NCBI GenBank assembly: GCA_031409335.1
Contig: JANNWY010000148.1
Coordinates: 1 to 23,557 of the forward strand
DNA length: 23,557 nucleotides
Direction of reading: 5' to 3'
Source: Chthoniobacteraceae bacterium
GTDB taxonomy: Bacteria; Verrucomicrobiota; Verrucomicrobiia; Chthoniobacterales; Chthoniobacteraceae
The notes beneath the pieces are model-generated. The model did no database searches and was not told where the DNA came from. It saw only the letters and a program-made list of their open reading frames with translations. Of the stretch, positions 9,614-18,533 are shown in pieces. Numbering within the stretch: the first letter of the stretch is position 1; each line of letters opens with the position of its first letter. Both the position numbers and the translations under genes were made by a program.

Positions 9614-9979
9614 ATGAAGATGACGAGACTCATCCCGATGCTGCCGGTCAAAAGCGTCGCCGCCAGTGTGGACTTTTATTGCGGGATGCTCGGTTTCGAG
9701 GTCGAGAAAAGGAATGACGAGTGGGGCTGGGCGATGGTTCGCTTCGACGAATGTCGTTTGATGCTGGATCAATCGATCAATGCGCACCCGGGCACGTTTC
9801 GCGACGCGATCCTGTATCTCTACCCGGATGACATCGTCGCGTATCACGAACAGGTGCGGACGAAAGGTTTGGCCGTGCCGGATCTCGCCGTGACTTTTTA
9901 CGGCCTCACGGAATTCCGAATCGACGACCCGGACGGGAACCGATTGTGGATCGGCCAGGACGCATCGGCCGGCGGCTAG
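9614..9979 (+). CDS. VOC/glyoxalase/bleomycin-resistance family protein
   Basis: LIPMLPVKSVAASVDFYCGMLGF...TFYGLTEFRIDDPDGNRLWIG. Start at ATG 9614 or 9620. Confidence 0.9.
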   Translation: MKMTRLIPMLPVKSVAASVDFYCGMLGFEVEKRNDEWGWAMVRFDECRLMLDQSINAHPGTFRDAILYLYPDDIVAYHEQVRTKGLAVPDLAVTFYGLTEFRIDDPDGNRLWIGQDASAGG

Positions 9980-9986
9980 CGAGGCA

Positions 9987-10472
9987 CTATAAAATGAGCT
10001 GCATGAAGACCACGTCGAGCCACTGGCCTTGCTTCCAGCCGAGTTCGCGGAAGTGCGCCGCTTTTTGAAAATCGAATGCCGCGTGCAGTGCGATGCTCGG
10101 CGTCTGCTCGGCTGAAATCCCGGCGAGAATCGCGTGGTGTCCGAGCTGGCGCGCGCGTTCGATTTGATCCGCCAGCAGCGCGCGACCCACGCCGCGGCGC
10201 TGCTGGTCGTGGCGCACGTAGATCGAGTTTTCGACAGTCCGCGCATACGCTTCGCGCGGGTGGTAGCGGTTCAGCGAAGCCCAGCCGACCACTTCGCCAT
10301 CGCGCTCGGCGACCGTGATCGGATGCTCCGGCCCGTGCGCAAAAAACCAGGCACGCCGCGCGTCATCAGGCTCGGGCGTGATCTGATACGTGCAGGTCGA
10401 GTGGATGACGTAGTGATTGTAGATCGCATTGATCGCCGCGAGATCGCTCTCGCGCGCCAGTCGGATTTGCAT
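9987..10472 (-). CDS. GNAT N-acetyltransferase, phosphinothricin/methionine-sulfoximine acetyltransferase-like
   Basis: IRLARESDLAAINAIYNHYV, AYARTVENSIYV, RRGVGRALL and SIALH...GWKQGQWLDV. Start at 10472. Confidence 0.9.
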   Translation of the reverse strand: MQIRLARESDLAAINAIYNHYVIHSTCTYQITPEPDDARRAWFFAHGPEHPITVAERDGEVVGWASLNRYHPREAYARTVENSIYVRHDQQRRGVGRALLADQIERARQLGHHAILAGISAEQTPSIALHAAFDFQKAAHFRELGWKQGQWLDVVFMQLIL

Positions 10473-10560
10473 GGGCGCTTTCGTCGCCGGAATCGAGTGC
10501 GCGATCAAGCACCGAGGGAACACCCTTGACGGATCGGGACTCACCCGACACGAAGCGGGG

Positions 10561-11937
10561 ATGAACGATTCACTCGCCGGCCTTTGGCGGCTCGGTGGGA
10601 CGATTGGACGCCGCCAATTCTTCCTCATCGGCGCGTGTCTCATGGCGTTGAAATTCAACCTCGACCGGCTGCTCTACGCGCGCCTCCTCGGCCGCACCTG
10701 GTCGCCGTTTGATTCAGAATTCGCGATGAGTTTTGTGTTCCGCACGGATCTGCATCCGCTGGACGCGCAGCAGGCGGCGATCATGGTCGCAGCGGCGATT
10801 CCCTTCTTGTGGATCGGCGTGGTTTTGACATCGAAGCGATTGCGATCCGCCGGGCTGCCAGTCTGGCTCACGGTTTTGTTTTTCGTGCCTTTGGTGAAAT
10901 TCCTGTTTTTCGCCATCCTGTGCGTGCTGCCCGGCCGCGGGTCGGCGGAAATCGCGCCGGGCGCGCGCTGGGATTCGCTGCTTCCGCGGAGCAGTCTCGG
11001 CAGCGCGCTCGCGGCGATCGTGGCCACGTTCATCCCCGCGCTGCTGCTCGGCTGGCTGTGTACGACCGTGCTGCAAAGCTACGCGGCCTCGCTTTTCATC
11101 GGCATCCCGTTTTGCCAGGGATTCTTCGCGGCGCTTTTCCATGGCAGGCACGAAAAGCGTTCGCTCAGCGCCTGCATCGGTGTCGCGAATCTTTCGATTC
11201 TGTGCACGGGTGCGGCGTTCTTTGCGTTTGCGGTGGAAGGCATCCTTTGCCTCATCATGGCCGCGCCACTCGCCGCGATCCTCACGTCGCTGGGCGCGTG
11301 CCTCGGGCACGCGGTGCAAAGTCCGCGCATCCACATCGGCGAAACTGGCCGGCTCGCGTGCGTCGCGCTGCTCGCGATGCCCGGGCTGATGTGGCTCGAA
11401 GATGCGAAGCCGCCGGTCGATCCGCTGTTGAAAGTGACGAGTTCGGTCGAGGTCGCGGCACCGCCCGAGCGGGTGTGGCGCAATGTGGTTTCCTTCTCGG
11501 AGTTGCCGCCGCCGCACGAGTGGATTTTCAAACTCGGCATCGCCTATCCCATTCGCGCCAGCATCTCCGGCACCGGGGTCGGCGCGATCCGCCGCTGCGA
11601 GTTTTCCACCGGGCCGTTTGTGGAGCCGATCGAGGTCTGGGATGAGCCGCGCCTGCTGAAGTTTTCCGTCACTTCAAATCCCGCGCCGATGCAGGAGTGG
11701 ACGCCGTATCCGCACGTCGAGCCTGCGCACTTGCATGGCTTTCTCGTTTCGGAAGGCGGCCAGTTTCACCTCATCGCGCTGCCAAATGGCGGGACGCGGC
11801 TGGAGGGGACGACGTGGTATCGCCATCACATGTGGCCGGCGTTTTACTGGCGGATGTGGTCGGATTTTCTGATCCACAAAATCCATCTGCGCGTGCTGCG
11901 CCATGTCGCGCAGCTTTCCGAGCGCGCACCGGCCTGA
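10561..11937 (+). CDS. Membrane protein with N-terminal DUF805-like region and C-terminal SRPBCC/START-like domain
   Basis: GTIGRRQF and KRLRSAG motifs, multiple TM segments, EGILCLIMAAP, then VTSSVEVAAPPERVWRNV...IHLRVLRHV. Confidence 0.75.
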   Translation: MNDSLAGLWRLGGTIGRRQFFLIGACLMALKFNLDRLLYARLLGRTWSPFDSEFAMSFVFRTDLHPLDAQQAAIMVAAAIPFLWIGVVLTSKRLRSAGLPVWLTVLFFVPLVKFLFFAILCVLPGRGSAEIAPGARWDSLLPRSSLGSALAAIVATFIPALLLGWLCTTVLQSYAASLFIGIPFCQGFFAALFHGRHEKRSLSACIGVANLSILCTGAAFFAFAVEGILCLIMAAPLAAILTSLGACLGHAVQSPRIHIGETGRLACVALLAMPGLMWLEDAKPPVDPLLKVTSSVEVAAPPERVWRNVVSFSELPPPHEWIFKLGIAYPIRASISGTGVGAIRRCEFSTGPFVEPIEVWDEPRLLKFSVTSNPAPMQEWTPYPHVEPAHLHGFLVSEGGQFHLIALPNGGTRLEGTTWYRHHMWPAFYWRMWSDFLIHKIHLRVLRHVAQLSERAPA

Positions 11938-11943
11938 CGCAAA

Positions 11944-13089
11944 TCAGCGCACCGGGAGCGGCGGCGGCAAGGGACCACCGGGCGTTCCCGCGGCCTTGCG
12001 CGACTTGGCGAGGGCGCTGTGGACCATCATCAGTTCGCCGACATTTTCCGGCGTGAAAAGGCCGACCAGCTTTCCCGCGGAATCGAGCACAGGCAGCGCG
12101 GGGCACTGGCTCTCCTGCATGATGGCGAAGGCGCGATCGAACGGCATCGTGGGATGCACGCATGGAATGTTCACGCGCATCGCGTCGCGCGCGAGCCCGT
12201 CGGGGCCGGACTTGCGCAGGGCCACGATGAGGTCGTCGCGCGTGAGGAGGCCGTGGACTTTCCCATCGGCATCCACGACGGGGAACTCGTGCTGCGAGGT
12301 GCTGAGCAGCGTCTCCACCGCCTGATCGAGCGTGGCATCGTAAGTGAGCGCGCGGAAATGCGTGACCATCGCGGACTGCACGCGCATCCCGGCGGAGACG
12401 GATTTCATCTCCGCGAGCGAGGCCTCGCTGGCCGCGCCGAAGTAGATGAAGACGGCGACGAGCACGAACATCGGCTGCATCGGATGCGAGAGCAGGCCAA
12501 ACATGCCGAATGCAAACGCGCACGCCTGGCCGATGGAGGCGGCGATGTTGGTGGCGCGCGCGTAGTCCATCCGCATCGCGAGCACGGCGCGGAGGATGCG
12601 CCCGCCATCCATCGGGAAGGCGGGGATGAGATTGAAGACGACGAGGCCGACATTCACCGCGAGCAAGCGGACCGGCAGGCTGGCGGCGAAGTGACTGATG
12701 GAAGTCATCTCGTGGAGGCCGCCCGCGATCATGAGATAAATCCAAAGCACTGCGGCGATGGCGACATTTACGAGCGGGCCGGCTATGGCGACGACGACTT
12801 CCTGCATCGGATTATCCGGCATCCGCTCCAGCCGCGCGACGCCGCCGATGGGCAGCAGCGTGATGTCCGGCGTGCGGATGCCGTAGCGGCGCGCCGCGAT
12901 GGCGTGGCCGAATTCGTGCAGCAGCACGCAGCCAAAGACGAGGCAGGTGAACAGGATGCCGGAGAAGGCAGCGGACGCGCCGCCTTCCCGGCCATATGCG
13001 GAGCCAAGGAAGGCGAGGAGGAGGAAAAACGTGACGTGGATGCGGACTTCGATTCCGGCGATGCGCGCGATTTTGAAAGACCAGGGCAT
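11944..13089 (-). CDS. Site-2 protease (peptidase M50) with C-terminal CBS pair
   Basis: LLHEFGHA, IAGPLVN and FNLIPAFPMDGGRILRA motifs, with CBS repeats (FPVVD, LPVLD). Confidence 0.95.
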   Translation of the reverse strand: MPWSFKIARIAGIEVRIHVTFFLLLAFLGSAYGREGGASAAFSGILFTCLVFGCVLLHEFGHAIAARRYGIRTPDITLLPIGGVARLERMPDNPMQEVVVAIAGPLVNVAIAAVLWIYLMIAGGLHEMTSISHFAASLPVRLLAVNVGLVVFNLIPAFPMDGGRILRAVLAMRMDYARATNIAASIGQACAFAFGMFGLLSHPMQPMFVLVAVFIYFGAASEASLAEMKSVSAGMRVQSAMVTHFRALTYDATLDQAVETLLSTSQHEFPVVDADGKVHGLLTRDDLIVALRKSGPDGLARDAMRVNIPCVHPTMPFDRAFAIMQESQCPALPVLDSAGKLVGLFTPENVGELMMVHSALAKSRKAAGTPGGPLPPPLPVR

Positions 13090-13204
13090 TTTTGAATAAG
13101 ATACGTGCGGAGCGGCAGCGATCAGACAACAAGCTGCGATAAAAGTTCAGTGGCAGATGGCAGCGCCGGATTGCGGTCGGCGCGCGATTCGATATTTCAG
13201 GATC

Positions 13205-13555
13205 ATGCAAATCCATCTCAGTCCGCGCAATCTTCGCCTCACCGCCGCCATTCATGCCCATGCCGCGGAAAAAATCGGGCACCTCGAAGACCTGTGCAGT
13301 GACATCATCGCCGCCCACGTGGTGCTGCTGCACGATGACACCGCAAAGCCCGCCGCGCGCTACGGCGTGAAGGTGCATCTCGCAGTCGCCGGGCCGGACA
13401 TTCACGGGGAAGACCACGACGCCGATCTCTACGCCGCGCTCGACAAGGTGACGGACAAACTCGCGCGCCAGCTCCGCAAACGGAAGACGCGCCTGAGCGA
13501 CAAAAGGCGCAGCGTGGCGCACCGCTCGAAGGAGCGTCGCAAGGCGCAGGGCTAA
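13205..13555 (+). CDS. hpf: Ribosome hibernation promoting factor (short HPF/RaiA), 116 aa
   Basis: RNLRLTAAIHAHAAEKIGHL...DLYAALDKVTDKLARQLRKRK. Start at ATG 13205. Confidence 0.9.
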   Translation: MQIHLSPRNLRLTAAIHAHAAEKIGHLEDLCSDIIAAHVVLLHDDTAKPAARYGVKVHLAVAGPDIHGEDHDADLYAALDKVTDKLARQLRKRKTRLSDKRRSVAHRSKERRKAQG

Positions 13556-13558
13556 CAG

Positions 13559-13632
13559 TCCTGCTCTTGCTCTTGATCTTGCTCTTGATCTTGATCCCTC
13601 CGCGTTTCAGAGGAGCAGGAGCAGGAGCAGGA
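13559..13632 (+). repeat. Inverted hexamer microsatellite hairpin, (TCYTGM)6 ... (GCAGGA)3
   Basis: 13559-13575 pairs with 13616-13632 over 17 bp including two G-U pairs on the + strand. Starts 3 nt after the hpf stop. Confidence 0.85.
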
Positions 13633-13689
13633 TGATGAAACCAATCCAACGTTGAACGCGAAGCGCGTCGGGCTTATCCAATGCGCACT

Positions 13690-15264
13690 ATGAGCACCGA
13701 ACGCACGCAGCGACTCGTGGCGCAGGTCGCGCACCGGCAGCAGATCGCGGCTTTTGCGGATCGTTTGCGCGGCGGAATGCTTGGCGCGGCGGCAGCCTAC
13801 TTTGTCCTTCTGCTGGTCGCGCGGTTGCTCGCGCTACTGCCGGATTGGTTCTCGCCTGCGTCGCTGCTGGTGATCCCGGCGACGGCGCTCGTCTATGCGC
13901 TCGTTTTCACACGCCGCATCCCCGCGCAGCAGACCGCGCGGCTGATCGACGAACGCAGCGGGAGCAAGGAACTTTTTCTCACCGCGGCGATGATCGCGCA
14001 GTCGCCAGGCGAGTTTCACCCGATCGTGTTGCAGCAGGCCGAGGCGCGCGCGGCGCAGTTGGAGCCGGGGAAAGTGCTGCCGTTTCTGTGGCAGCGCGGA
14101 TTGCGCGATGTGGCGTGCGTGACCGCGATCGTGGCGGTGGCGACGCTGTTTTTGCCGCAGCTCGATCCTTTCAAAAAAGAGGAGGAGCGGCGCAAGATCG
14201 CGAAGGAAGAAGAGCGCCTGCGCGAGACGAAGAAGATCACCGCGCTGCGCGCGGCACAGATCGCGGAGACGCCGAAGACCGAGCAAGTGGAGAAGGCGCT
14301 GGCGGAATTGGAGAAGACTTTCCAGGCCGCGAAGCCGACGGAGCGCGAGGCGAACTTGAAGAAACTCGGCGAGCACCAAAAGGAACTCGGTGAGATGTGG
14401 CGCAAGGCGAGCAACGAAACGCCGAAGGAGACGTTTGAGAAAAGCACGCAGGGCTTTGGCCAGGCGGATCCGAAGAAGGCGGAGCAGTTTCGCGAGGAAC
14501 TGAAAAGAGGGGAAACCGCGGGCGTTAAAAAGGAGATGCAGGAACTCGGTGAGGAGATGAAGAAACTCGCGGCGATGCCTGAATCCGCGGAGAAGCGGGC
14601 GCTGCGCGAGCAGCTCCAGCAGAAGCTCAACGCGCTGGCGGAAGGCCTGAAGCAACAGCTCAACTCGCCGTCGCTGAACGCCGCGCTGCAACGCGCGATG
14701 GAGCAGCTCGACCTCTCAAAACTCAGCCAGCTTTCCAAGGACGCGCTCGATGCCGCACAGGATTCGCTGAACCTCAGCGCGGAGGAACTGGATAAGCTGG
14801 CGCAGTCGATGCAGGATCTGAAATCGCTGGAAGAGGCGCTGAAAAATCTGCAAATGGCGAAGATGCTCGCCGACGCGAAATGTCTCGATGGCGAAGCGTG
14901 CAAGGAATGCAACGGCATGGCCGAATACGCTGCGCTTTACGCCGCGCTTTGTAAAAAGAATAACATGATCGGCCCCGGCATGGGTCCGGGCGGAAATCCC
15001 GGCGCGGGCGGAAAGGCGCCCGAGGACGATTCGCTGACGAGCGGTTTCAAGACGGAGAAGGAGCAGATGAAATTCGCGGGCGGCAAGACGCTGCTGCAAT
15101 GGAAGACCCAGGAAGTCGGCGAGACCGGCGCGCGGGCGGAGGATTTCCGCGACGCGGTGCGCGACGTGAAGCAGCGCGTGAGCGAAGCGATCGTCGCCGA
15201 GCAAGTCCCGCCCGGCTATCACGGCGCGATCCAGAAATACTTCGACTCGCTGCCGGAGAAGTAG
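13690..15264 (+). CDS. Membrane-anchored long coiled-coil protein (DUF4175-like architecture)
   Basis: Three N-terminal TM segments, an E/K/Q-rich helical stalk, a Cys cluster, a Gly-rich linker and C-terminal VPPGYHGAIQKYFDSL. Start at 13681 or 13690. Confidence 0.7.
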   Translation: MSTERTQRLVAQVAHRQQIAAFADRLRGGMLGAAAAYFVLLLVARLLALLPDWFSPASLLVIPATALVYALVFTRRIPAQQTARLIDERSGSKELFLTAAMIAQSPGEFHPIVLQQAEARAAQLEPGKVLPFLWQRGLRDVACVTAIVAVATLFLPQLDPFKKEEERRKIAKEEERLRETKKITALRAAQIAETPKTEQVEKALAELEKTFQAAKPTEREANLKKLGEHQKELGEMWRKASNETPKETFEKSTQGFGQADPKKAEQFREELKRGETAGVKKEMQELGEEMKKLAAMPESAEKRALREQLQQKLNALAEGLKQQLNSPSLNAALQRAMEQLDLSKLSQLSKDALDAAQDSLNLSAEELDKLAQSMQDLKSLEEALKNLQMAKMLADAKCLDGEACKECNGMAEYAALYAALCKKNNMIGPGMGPGGNPGAGGKAPEDDSLTSGFKTEKEQMKFAGGKTLLQWKTQEVGETGARAEDFRDAVRDVKQRVSEAIVAEQVPPGYHGAIQKYFDSLPEK

Positions 15265-15268
15265 CGCG

Positions 15269-16099
15269 TTACCGAGGCGGCGCGGGCAGCGCTGGCGTGT
15301 AATGCTCAATCGCTCCCGACGTATCGACCCGCACGACGATCCGTTTTCCACGGCGATCCTCGGACTTGCTGACGATCAAGATGTTATCATCGGGATCAGT
15401 TTCCTTTCCGCCAAAGTAAATGTATCCCATCGGCTCCGCAGGACCGGACAGCGGGCAGATGAAAACGTCACGGTTCGGCAGAATCTCGGGCACGAGTTCT
15501 TCGAGTGTTTTTGGGAAAACTCCCTCGTGATCCGATGCGTAAATTTTACAACCCACCGCAATTTGTCTTGCCTGCGATAGCGACTTCGCCTGCTTGGCCT
15601 TGAGCTGGACCTGACCAAATACCGGCAGCGCGATGCCGGCGAGGATCGCGATGATCGGGATGAGAAGTGCAAAGCTCAGATAGCCGATGAGCATCCCGGC
15701 AAACGCCATGCCGCCACCTCCGATCGTTCCTGCCGCGCGTTTGATCCGGGACTGCGCGACATGGCCACAGACGATCGCGGGGATCGATGCGAGCAACGGG
15801 AGCAGCGTGACCGACAGGATGCCGAAAACGAGACTCGTGATCGCCAGCCCCGACGGCGGCGGATTCAAGAGCGGCGGCACCTTTTGCAAAGGCGGCGGCA
15901 CAGCGGGCGAATGCAGTGGCGGCGGAGTCGGTGGAACGACTGCGATGCCGGGGAACGTGGAGAGCGGAGACCATTCCGCGCGCCCTTCCGACCACGCGAG
16001 ATCGGTGCCCCGCAACTCGCCCGCCGCGAGCCGGTTTTTTACTTCCTCCATGGCAAACGGACCCATCTTCTGCCCTTCGCGCGCAATGTGAATTTGCAT
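15269..16099 (-). CDS. GYF_2 (DUF4339) + DUF4190 membrane protein with a pilin-like C-terminal domain
   Basis: IAREGQKMGPF...LAWSEGRAEWSPL, Pro-rich linker, GLAITSLVFGILS...AIVCGHVA..IKR, then IIAILAGIALP...A...SLSQARQI...YASDH..FP. Start at 16099. Confidence 0.8.
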   Translation of the reverse strand: MQIHIAREGQKMGPFAMEEVKNRLAAGELRGTDLAWSEGRAEWSPLSTFPGIAVVPPTPPPLHSPAVPPPLQKVPPLLNPPPSGLAITSLVFGILSVTLLPLLASIPAIVCGHVAQSRIKRAAGTIGGGGMAFAGMLIGYLSFALLIPIIAILAGIALPVFGQVQLKAKQAKSLSQARQIAVGCKIYASDHEGVFPKTLEELVPEILPNRDVFICPLSGPAEPMGYIYFGGKETDPDDNILIVSKSEDRRGKRIVVRVDTSGAIEHYTPALPAPPR

Positions 16100-16196
16100 G
16101 GCGGCGAACCTATGCGGCAGAATTCGGAGCTGTCGAGTCAGCCATTCGTTCGCATCATTGTATTTTCGCCGCGTTGCCTTAACCCTTTGCGCAGCC

Positions 16197-16973
16197 ATGG
16201 CGGCCGACATTTTTCCGAGCATCATCCTCGCTTCCTCCGATAACGGACTGTTTTACGCGTTCGAGAATTCCACTCTTCCGGGTCAGACGATCATGCTCCT
16301 GCTGTTCGTCGGTTCGGTGTTCAGTTGGACGGTGATGGTGACGAAGTATCGCATCATCCGCATCGCGCAGCGGCAGCGCGAACGCTTCCTCGCGCGCTTC
16401 CGCGCGGATCGCAATCCGCTGCGGCTTTTCGCGGATCGCGAGCGCTTCGATGGTGCGCCGGTGTTTGCGGTGTATCGCATGGGCTGCCGCGAGATGGCGT
16501 TTCAACTGCTCGGTTCGGCGGAGGTGGATGAAACCTTTCGCGGACGGCTGGATATTGCGGAAAAGATTTCGCCGGCGCAGATGCGCGTGGTCGGCTCGGC
16601 GATGGAGCGCGCGGTGGGCGAGACGGCGCTGGGGCTGGAATCGCAGATGATCCTGCTCGCGACGGCGGTGAGCGGCGCGCCATTTCTCGGGCTGCTGGGG
16701 ACGGTGTGGGGCGTGATGGATACATTCGGCGGCGTGGCGATGGCGGGCTCGGCGAGTCTCGCGGCGATGGCTCCGGGTGTGAGCGCGGCGCTGATCACGA
16801 CCGTGACCGGCCTGCTCGTCGCGATCCCGGCGATGTTCGGTTACAACTATCTCGTGACCACGGTGCGCGGGATGATCGTGGAGCTGGATAATTTCGCGGC
16901 GGAACTGGCGAGCGAGTTTGAGCACAAATACGTGGACCACGGGGAGCGCGCAAAGTCGTGGACGCGTCCATGA
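16197..16973 (+). CDS. MotA/TolQ/ExbB proton-channel family protein
   Basis: LATAVSGAPFLGLLGTVWGVM and APGVSAALITTVTGLLVAIPAMFGYN. Probable start at ATG 16197. Confidence 0.93.
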   Translation: MAADIFPSIILASSDNGLFYAFENSTLPGQTIMLLLFVGSVFSWTVMVTKYRIIRIAQRQRERFLARFRADRNPLRLFADRERFDGAPVFAVYRMGCREMAFQLLGSAEVDETFRGRLDIAEKISPAQMRVVGSAMERAVGETALGLESQMILLATAVSGAPFLGLLGTVWGVMDTFGGVAMAGSASLAAMAPGVSAALITTVTGLLVAIPAMFGYNYLVTTVRGMIVELDNFAAELASEFEHKYVDHGERAKSWTRP

Positions 16974-16976
16974 AGA

Positions 16977-17085
16977 ATTGCGGATTGCGGATTGCGGATT
17001 GCGGATTGGAGCTGCGGCGCGTTTTTCGAGAAAAGGTGGCGCTGCGGGAAAATCCGCAATCCGCGATTCGCAATCCGCAATCCCG
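16977..17085 (+). repeat. Inverted heptamer microsatellite hairpin, (ATTGCGG)4 ... (AATCCGC)~5
   Basis: 16977-17007 pairs with 17051-17081 over 31 bp with two G-U pairs. It fills almost the whole tolQ-tolR-like intergenic region and abuts ATG 17086. Confidence 0.92.
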
Positions 17086-17499
17086 ATGAAACGTTTTTCC
17101 GATCGCGGAAACATGCAGACGCTCAGTGAGCTGAACGTGACGCCACTGCTCGATCTCGCGTTCGTGCTGCTCATCATTTTCATGATCACGACGCCGCTCA
17201 TGGAGAATAAGACGGACCTCGTGCTGCCGACCGGCGATGCGTCGAAAAACGCGGTCGATCCCGCGTCGGTGATTACGATTTCCATCGGTCGGAGTGAAGT
17301 GATCGAAGTCAGCGGCGCGGAGATGACGATCGAGCAGGTCGTCGCGGAACTCGCCGCGCGGAAGGCGGATAAACCAGACCTCGCGGTCGCGGTGCGCTCG
17401 CATAAGGAATTGCCGGTGCAGAAGCTGATCGAGGTGCTCGACGCGGTAAAGCGGGCGCAAATCACGAAGGTCGGGCTGGTGACGAATCCCGAAAAATGA
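17086..17499 (+). CDS. ExbD/TolR family biopolymer transport protein
   Basis: SELNVTPLLDLAFVLLIIFMITTP with the essential TM Asp. Start at ATG 17086 after the repeat. Confidence 0.93.
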   Translation: MKRFSDRGNMQTLSELNVTPLLDLAFVLLIIFMITTPLMENKTDLVLPTGDASKNAVDPASVITISIGRSEVIEVSGAEMTIEQVVAELAARKADKPDLAVAVRSHKELPVQKLIEVLDAVKRAQITKVGLVTNPEK

Positions 17500-18470
17500 A
17501 CACGCTTTTTGACCCGCCACCGAAGTCGCCGCCGCCGCCGCGCGAAGACTCCGGCGCGGGGGAGAAGCGGGTTTTTCGGAAGAATCTGATCGGTGTCGCG
17601 GTGATGCACGCGCTCATCCTGCTCGCGCTTTTTATCGTGGGAATGCTGCGACCGAAGGTGAAGCAGGATGAAGTCGTGTGGCTGAACGAAGGCGCGCTTG
17701 GTGGAGGCGAGAGCGCGGTGATCGCGGAGCCTGAAACCGCGCCCGAGCCTGAAGTCGCGGAACCCGAGCCGCCGAAACAGGCGATGGAAGAGCCGATCCC
17801 CGAACCGACTCCACCACCGCCGGAACAGAAATCCCCCGAAAGCGAAATCGTGGAACCAAAGGCAGCGCCGACGACTCCGAAACCCGCGACTCCGAAACCG
17901 GCTACGCCCAAACCCGCGACGCCAAAGGCAGCGCCGAAAGCGACACCCAAAGCGATGCCGAAGGCCAAGGCCACTCCGGCGGCGACGCCGAAGCCCAAGG
18001 CGGAATCTTCGCAGAAAACTAAATCAGCGGTCGCAAAGAAACCCACCGGCACGCCAGGCGTCGCGAAAAAGGATGGCGAAAAAAGCGGCGCGACGGCAAA
18101 AGGCCCCGCGAAAAAATCGGTCGCGACGAGTGGTGGCACGGGCGACGGGACGGGCAAGGGAAAAACCGGGACGGGCAAGGACGCAACGTCGCAATTCGGC
18201 TGGTACATGGATATGCTCAGGGATCGCTACTACAGCCGATGGGAGCAGCCGATCGGCATCGGGCAGGATGTGATCGCGACGGTGAAGCTGCGCATTTTGA
18301 AAGACGGGACGATCGCGAAACACGAGATCGTAAAATCATCCGGCAATCCGCAGATGGATGAGTCGGTGATGAGTGCGCTGGAGAAGATGAAGCAGATCGA
18401 CCCACTGCCCGCCGGGCTCGGGAATGGCGAATACTTCGACCTGAACGTGGCGTTCAAAGTCGGCGGATAG
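17496..18470 (+). CDS. TolA/TonB-family energy transducer
   Basis: Single TM containing His (AVMHALIL), Pro/Glu-rich then PKPAT/PKA repeat spacer, and C-terminal domain with SSGNPQMDESVMSAL...PLP. ATGA overlap with the upstream gene. Confidence 0.88.
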   Translation: MNTLFDPPPKSPPPPREDSGAGEKRVFRKNLIGVAVMHALILLALFIVGMLRPKVKQDEVVWLNEGALGGGESAVIAEPETAPEPEVAEPEPPKQAMEEPIPEPTPPPPEQKSPESEIVEPKAAPTTPKPATPKPATPKPATPKAAPKATPKAMPKAKATPAATPKPKAESSQKTKSAVAKKPTGTPGVAKKDGEKSGATAKGPAKKSVATSGGTGDGTGKGKTGTGKDATSQFGWYMDMLRDRYYSRWEQPIGIGQDVIATVKLRILKDGTIAKHEIVKSSGNPQMDESVMSALEKMKQIDPLPAGLGNGEYFDLNVAFKVGG

Positions 18471-18515
18471 TGGCTGCGCAGCCACATTGACACCCGCGCG
18501 CGCACGCGACACGAT
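18470..18515 (+). promoter_or_regulatory. Putative sigma70 promoter of the vWA-pspA operon with an adjacent 16-bp palindrome
   Basis: Consensus TTGACA (18487-18492)-N17-CACGAT (18510-18515), preceded by the perfect palindrome GTGGCTGCGCAGCCAC (18470-18485). Confidence 0.6.
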
Positions 18516-18533
18516 GCAGCGAACTTCGGAGCC

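Noticed and set aside
13305..13734. Small minus-strand ORFs with KIKSKIKSKS or DQDQEQDQEQ tracts
   Set aside because: They are translations of the hexamer repeat and overlap hpf or the next gene.
16918..17085. N-terminal extension of the ExbD/TolR ORF (RIADCGLRI...SAIRDSQSAI)
   Set aside because: It is read-through of the heptamer hairpin; the family-typical sequence begins at ATG 17086.
17860..18000. Repetitive DNA inside the TolA/TonB-like gene as a separate repeat element
   Set aside because: It encodes the ordinary Pro/Lys/Ala periplasmic spacer, with synonymous variation between units.
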